Shown one piece after another: positions 60,129 to 64,000 of a stretch of DNA of 64,000 nt. Under the pieces are notes generated by a model, which was not told the origin of the DNA, did not search any database, and worked only from the letters and a program-made list of their open reading frames with translations. Position numbers and translations under genes: made by a program. The DNA is from Sporopachydermia quercuum (Eukaryota). Location of the stretch: the NCBI GenBank assembly GCA_001599295.1, contig BCGN01000001.1:1612001-1676000 (forward strand). The letters are read 5' to 3'. Numbering within the stretch: position 1 is the stretch's first letter; each line of letters starts with the position of its first letter.

Positions 60129-63068
60129 ATGGGTGTAAATGGCTTATGGAATGTTCTATCATCAACACACCATGAAAGACTTCCCTTCCCTGTTTTCTGT
60201 TCTCATTTTCACAAACATCATGGAAGAGCTCCAAGAATTGCTATCGATGCCTACCAGTGGATTTTTGAAGGCCGTTTGGGCGGAGGAAATCAAAGTTATC
60301 ACGGAAACGGTTCTGGGCATAGAAAACAACCATTTTTGGGTCACGCCGGAAGGCCATGTGTTCAAATGATTTTCTTAAGAGTTAAATACTTGTTATCATT
60401 GAATGTTATGTTGTTGTTTGTATTTGATGGACCAATGAAATATTCAAGCAAAAGAAGNTGTCAAGGTTTTAGTAATGACAAAATCAGGAATGCTAATAAT
60501 GTGTTAACGATGAAAGCCAGTCAAGGCTCAAGCGATAGTGAGTCAGATTTGATTGATGGGCTTGGACAAGGATTTATGGACGATGTGGTTTCAGTGAAGG
60601 AGATGTTGCGGTGTTGGGCAATTGAGTTCGTTGAAGCCGCGGGTGAAGCGGAAGCGGAATGTGCTCGGCTTAACTCGGAAGGGATTGTTGACTGGATAAT
60701 CACAAATGATGCAGATGCTTTAGTGTTTGGAGGATCAAATGTACTAAGAAATTATAGTATGTATGAACAGGATGTTCCGTTCACTACTAGACTCTCGACC
60801 AAAAATCGGAATAAACAACAGGATAATAAAGCTGGAAGTATTTCCAATTTTTTTGAATCGTTGTCAGGTTCGGAAACTACCAGTGATGCTGGATGCGATA
60901 CAACTAGTAGAGCTTCTGTTTCCACGTTTACTTCTACTTCCACTGCATTAGCACCCACAAAGGAAATTTACGTCTCACCAGTTTCTCTAGAGCGGATACG
61001 TATGAAGCTTAACATGAATATTCAACGTGAACATTTGATTTTATTTGCTTTACTAAGCGGAGGTGATTATCATCCGGGTGTCAAAGGGTTAGGAGCCGTT
61101 CGGGCGTTTAATATTGCAACAGTAGGTCTTCGGATGAACGATAAGTCTCAGTACAGAACCACAGAGTCCGTATCGGAACAACGACCAGCCACAGCAATTC
61201 AATTTGATCCGACAGTTGAACTTAAACGAATATATGGATCCACCACAAACAAAAAGGAAGTTAGGATAGTGCAATTAGAAAAATTCAAAGCTGAATTACA
61301 AAAATCGCTTAGGGAGATGCCGGATGCTTATTTTAGTACTAATAAAGAAAAAGACGTTAGGAAACAGAAATCTCGGAGGAAACCAGATGATGTCACTGAA
61401 AGAACCAAGTATCATATTGACATTATCAATCACTTCCCTTCCGATGAAATTATCAAACTATATTTCTATCCGGCTTTGTTAGACCATGTATTTCAATTCG
61501 ATAACTTGTCAACAGCCAATTATCTTGATATCAGACAACAAATCTCTTTGGATGACTTGTTGACACATCATATCAACATGAACCAGTTCGAACAGCTCAT
61601 TAAGAAAGCTCGGTTCAGCAGGCTTTCCGAGTTCGATAAACCATTCCCATTCAAACGATATCTAATAAACAACCTAGCCAAAGCATTCATTCCGAGATAT
61701 ATAGCAGATTTGACTGCTGTTCATCCATTTGCTATTTCAGAGGTCAAGGATCAAAGTTTCGGAGAAAGACGGAGTGATCCAAATCTTGATAACGATTTAA
61801 ATGCGTCGGTATTTCCCAGTTTGGAGACTGATCCGTTCAAATGGACACTTCAGATGGTCAAAATCGAGTTTAATGCAACAGAACTACTCAAAACAGTATA
61901 TTCTCCAAAAGAGTGGGACCTTATTTTGGCCAACAACAATGAGATAAAAAATGACTTTGTATGGATTTCTCAGGACATTGTTTCGGTAATCAACAAACGA
62001 CTCATTAACGAATTTGAGGAGAAAGTCAAAACTGTTAAGCAATCATCACCGCTCTCCCAACGGAATGCATCAAAAGCTACCCGGAAATTAAATAGACCTT
62101 CTGCTGGTCAGCTAGTGTTTGTGTTGGATCCGACGGGGAAAACACGGCTTGAGGCTGCCCACCCTACAACGATTAACAAACATGGACCTAATTACCATGT
62201 AAAGCTTATTGAGAAAAATAGTAGGATAAAAATTGTGGAAAACGATGAAAGTCCTAGCAAAAGAAGGATCAGTTTCCTAAAAACACGGAAAAAATCTCAA
62301 AGTAAAAGAAAACCCAAAAAGGAGAAACCTAGTAGTAGTAAAACGATTGATGACTTCTTTGCCCGAGAGACAAAGCTTGACAAAACGGAAATCAAAGAAG
62401 AAATTATTAGCGAAGATTCCGCGCCCGAAAATATAACTAGCTTTGTTGACGGAAAGATGACAATAACCACAGGTGGAGAGATACAATTCACTAGTCCTAG
62501 TAAACATCCACCAAGTCATTCCAAAGTGCTAGATGCTACACCAAGAAAGAAAAAAGAAAATAAAGAAATAGGGGGAGCTAAGGGAAATGATAGAACCCCT
62601 AGAATTAATGTTGAGAATAGTAAACTTGGGACAAGTGAGTTATTATTTTTACTGGGTTCTTCGGATTCGGAGTCTGATTTTAATTCGGATCATTCGGAGT
62701 TATTGAAATCTCCATTAAGAAGGCGGATGATTTCTGACGATGGAAGAAAGAGAATGCTTGCTCTGGAGAATGTGAAGTTTTCTGATGAAGGAGACGAGGA
62801 ATCCGAAGACCGTGATTTTTTGAAATATGATGCCAACTCTCGATTTAATTTACTTGCCGATGTACGGAAGAACCTATTCAAAGCTGCGGAAAAACCTGAC
62901 ACATCGGGAAAGGGAATGGGAAAGAGAGAACAAATACTGCAGTCAGAGAAGAAAATGGTTTGTTCAAGTAAGGATCAGTTTGTTGTACCATCCGATTNGG
63001 GCTCAGAAGAATTCTCAGATGTTGATTTTTCATTCAAATCAAACCATTCCGTCTTTTCTATTGACTAG
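60129..63068 (+). CDS. YEN1: Holliday junction resolvase Yen1/GEN1 (XPG/Rad2 family), about 979 aa
   Basis: MGVNGLW, RIAIDAYQW, FVFDGP, GEAEAECA, TNDADALVFG, GGDY; C-terminal CDK-consensus sites and basic patches. Confidence 0.9.
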   Translation: MGVNGLWNVLSSTHHERLPFPVFCSHFHKHHGRAPRIAIDAYQWIFEGRLGGGNQSYHGNGSGHRKQPFLGHAGRPCVQMIFLRVKYLLSLNVMLLFVFDGPMKYSSKRXCQGFSNDKIRNANNVLTMKASQGSSDSESDLIDGLGQGFMDDVVSVKEMLRCWAIEFVEAAGEAEAECARLNSEGIVDWIITNDADALVFGGSNVLRNYSMYEQDVPFTTRLSTKNRNKQQDNKAGSISNFFESLSGSETTSDAGCDTTSRASVSTFTSTSTALAPTKEIYVSPVSLERIRMKLNMNIQREHLILFALLSGGDYHPGVKGLGAVRAFNIATVGLRMNDKSQYRTTESVSEQRPATAIQFDPTVELKRIYGSTTNKKEVRIVQLEKFKAELQKSLREMPDAYFSTNKEKDVRKQKSRRKPDDVTERTKYHIDIINHFPSDEIIKLYFYPALLDHVFQFDNLSTANYLDIRQQISLDDLLTHHINMNQFEQLIKKARFSRLSEFDKPFPFKRYLINNLAKAFIPRYIADLTAVHPFAISEVKDQSFGERRSDPNLDNDLNASVFPSLETDPFKWTLQMVKIEFNATELLKTVYSPKEWDLILANNNEIKNDFVWISQDIVSVINKRLINEFEEKVKTVKQSSPLSQRNASKATRKLNRPSAGQLVFVLDPTGKTRLEAAHPTTINKHGPNYHVKLIEKNSRIKIVENDESPSKRRISFLKTRKKSQSKRKPKKEKPSSSKTIDDFFARETKLDKTEIKEEIISEDSAPENITSFVDGKMTITTGGEIQFTSPSKHPPSHSKVLDATPRKKKENKEIGGAKGNDRTPRINVENSKLGTSELLFLLGSSDSESDFNSDHSELLKSPLRRRMISDDGRKRMLALENVKFSDEGDEESEDRDFLKYDANSRFNLLADVRKNLFKAAEKPDTSGKGMGKREQILQSEKKMVCSSKDQFVVPSDXGSEEFSDVDFSFKSNHSVFSID

Positions 63069-64000
63069 CATTAGGAAGCAGACCCTCTGACTTTGATCAA
63101 AGACAGCAAACTTAGTTAATGCTCTTATCGCTTATTCTTTACATATTTTACTTTAAAGCGATTGAAATATCCACAGATTGTGATAATGAATCATTGAGCA
63201 GCTATCATGATTAAAGTAGTACCCAAAGATTACGATGAGCATAATGTGATTATGTAATGTCAAATACTATTTCAACAGATACTGCTCATCGTCATATTTC
63301 ACATACTAACTTAGCTTTTCTTCCATCAACTTCTCTCAAGTCTATTCTTAGAAAAAATAGAGAAGCATTGGTTCTAGCATGGTTTTTCCGGTGCGGATCA
63401 ACTTATTGTGTATCTATGACCAGCTTATAAAACAAGTATCCATTATTGCGCTAGGGAATATTTAACACTATTCTGGAACATTTGGAGATTCCGAGATAAT
63501 CCTAATAATACCACGGGCCTAAAGCACCTGATTTCCTATACTGCCTTGATGTCTCTTTGATCTATCCGAAATCCGGGGTAGGTACTATTCCGGTTTTTTT
63601 TCGTGAAGCCAGCATAACCCTATTAGGATATGGATTGAAATCAGGTAGATATCGCGCATGTGATAGGAAGCCTTTGAATCTCATCTTGTTTCTTGTCATA
63701 TCTGGAAAGCGAAGTCAGATGATGTGACAAGGCCAAACGATCATATGACAAAGATGATATAAATGGATAAAATGTAAGGAACGGTAGAGGGAGAAGAGAA
63801 TATATGAGGTGGTTACTTCTTTAATACATTGTTGAAAGAAGATCGAATTGTTTCATAACTCAATTAAGAGATATCAGTTAATTACTCTATAGAAAATCTT
63901 ATACGCAGGGAAATCACCCTCTCCATTATACCTAGATAAATTGAAGATTTCCTCGCATCTTCTGGCGAGCCAAGTTGGAGATTAGTCAACCCAATCTCCT

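Overview
Gene-dense, AT-rich nuclear DNA from a budding yeast (Saccharomycotina). It uses the standard code (CTG at invariant Leu positions) and has several spliceosomal introns (GTAAGT/GTATGT...ACTAAC...AG) that the ORF track misses. Twenty protein-coding genes are supported, in order: CDC34, SLM4/EGO3, DBF4, TSR4, IFM1, AIP5-like, SLN1, RPL40, LAP2, MLP1/2, MCM10, a DAGK/sphingosine-kinase-family gene, RAT1, an NDUFAF7/MidA-family methyltransferase, PCC1, ESL1/2, an unassigned ORF, MIS1-type C1-THF synthase, HEM14 and YEN1. I found no tRNA, rRNA, transposon or CRISPR. This is core housekeeping genome and I cannot support a new multi-gene system. The best leads are at isoform and regulatory level: an AUG-less mitochondrial-presequence-like extension on LAP2, a 15-nt start-codon micro-exon and structured intron in RPL40, a prion-like RAT1 tail, a weak upstream in-frame AUG on YEN1, and conserved synteny that suggests an identity for the orphan ORF. 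Gene names come from motif recognition and recall, not database searches.
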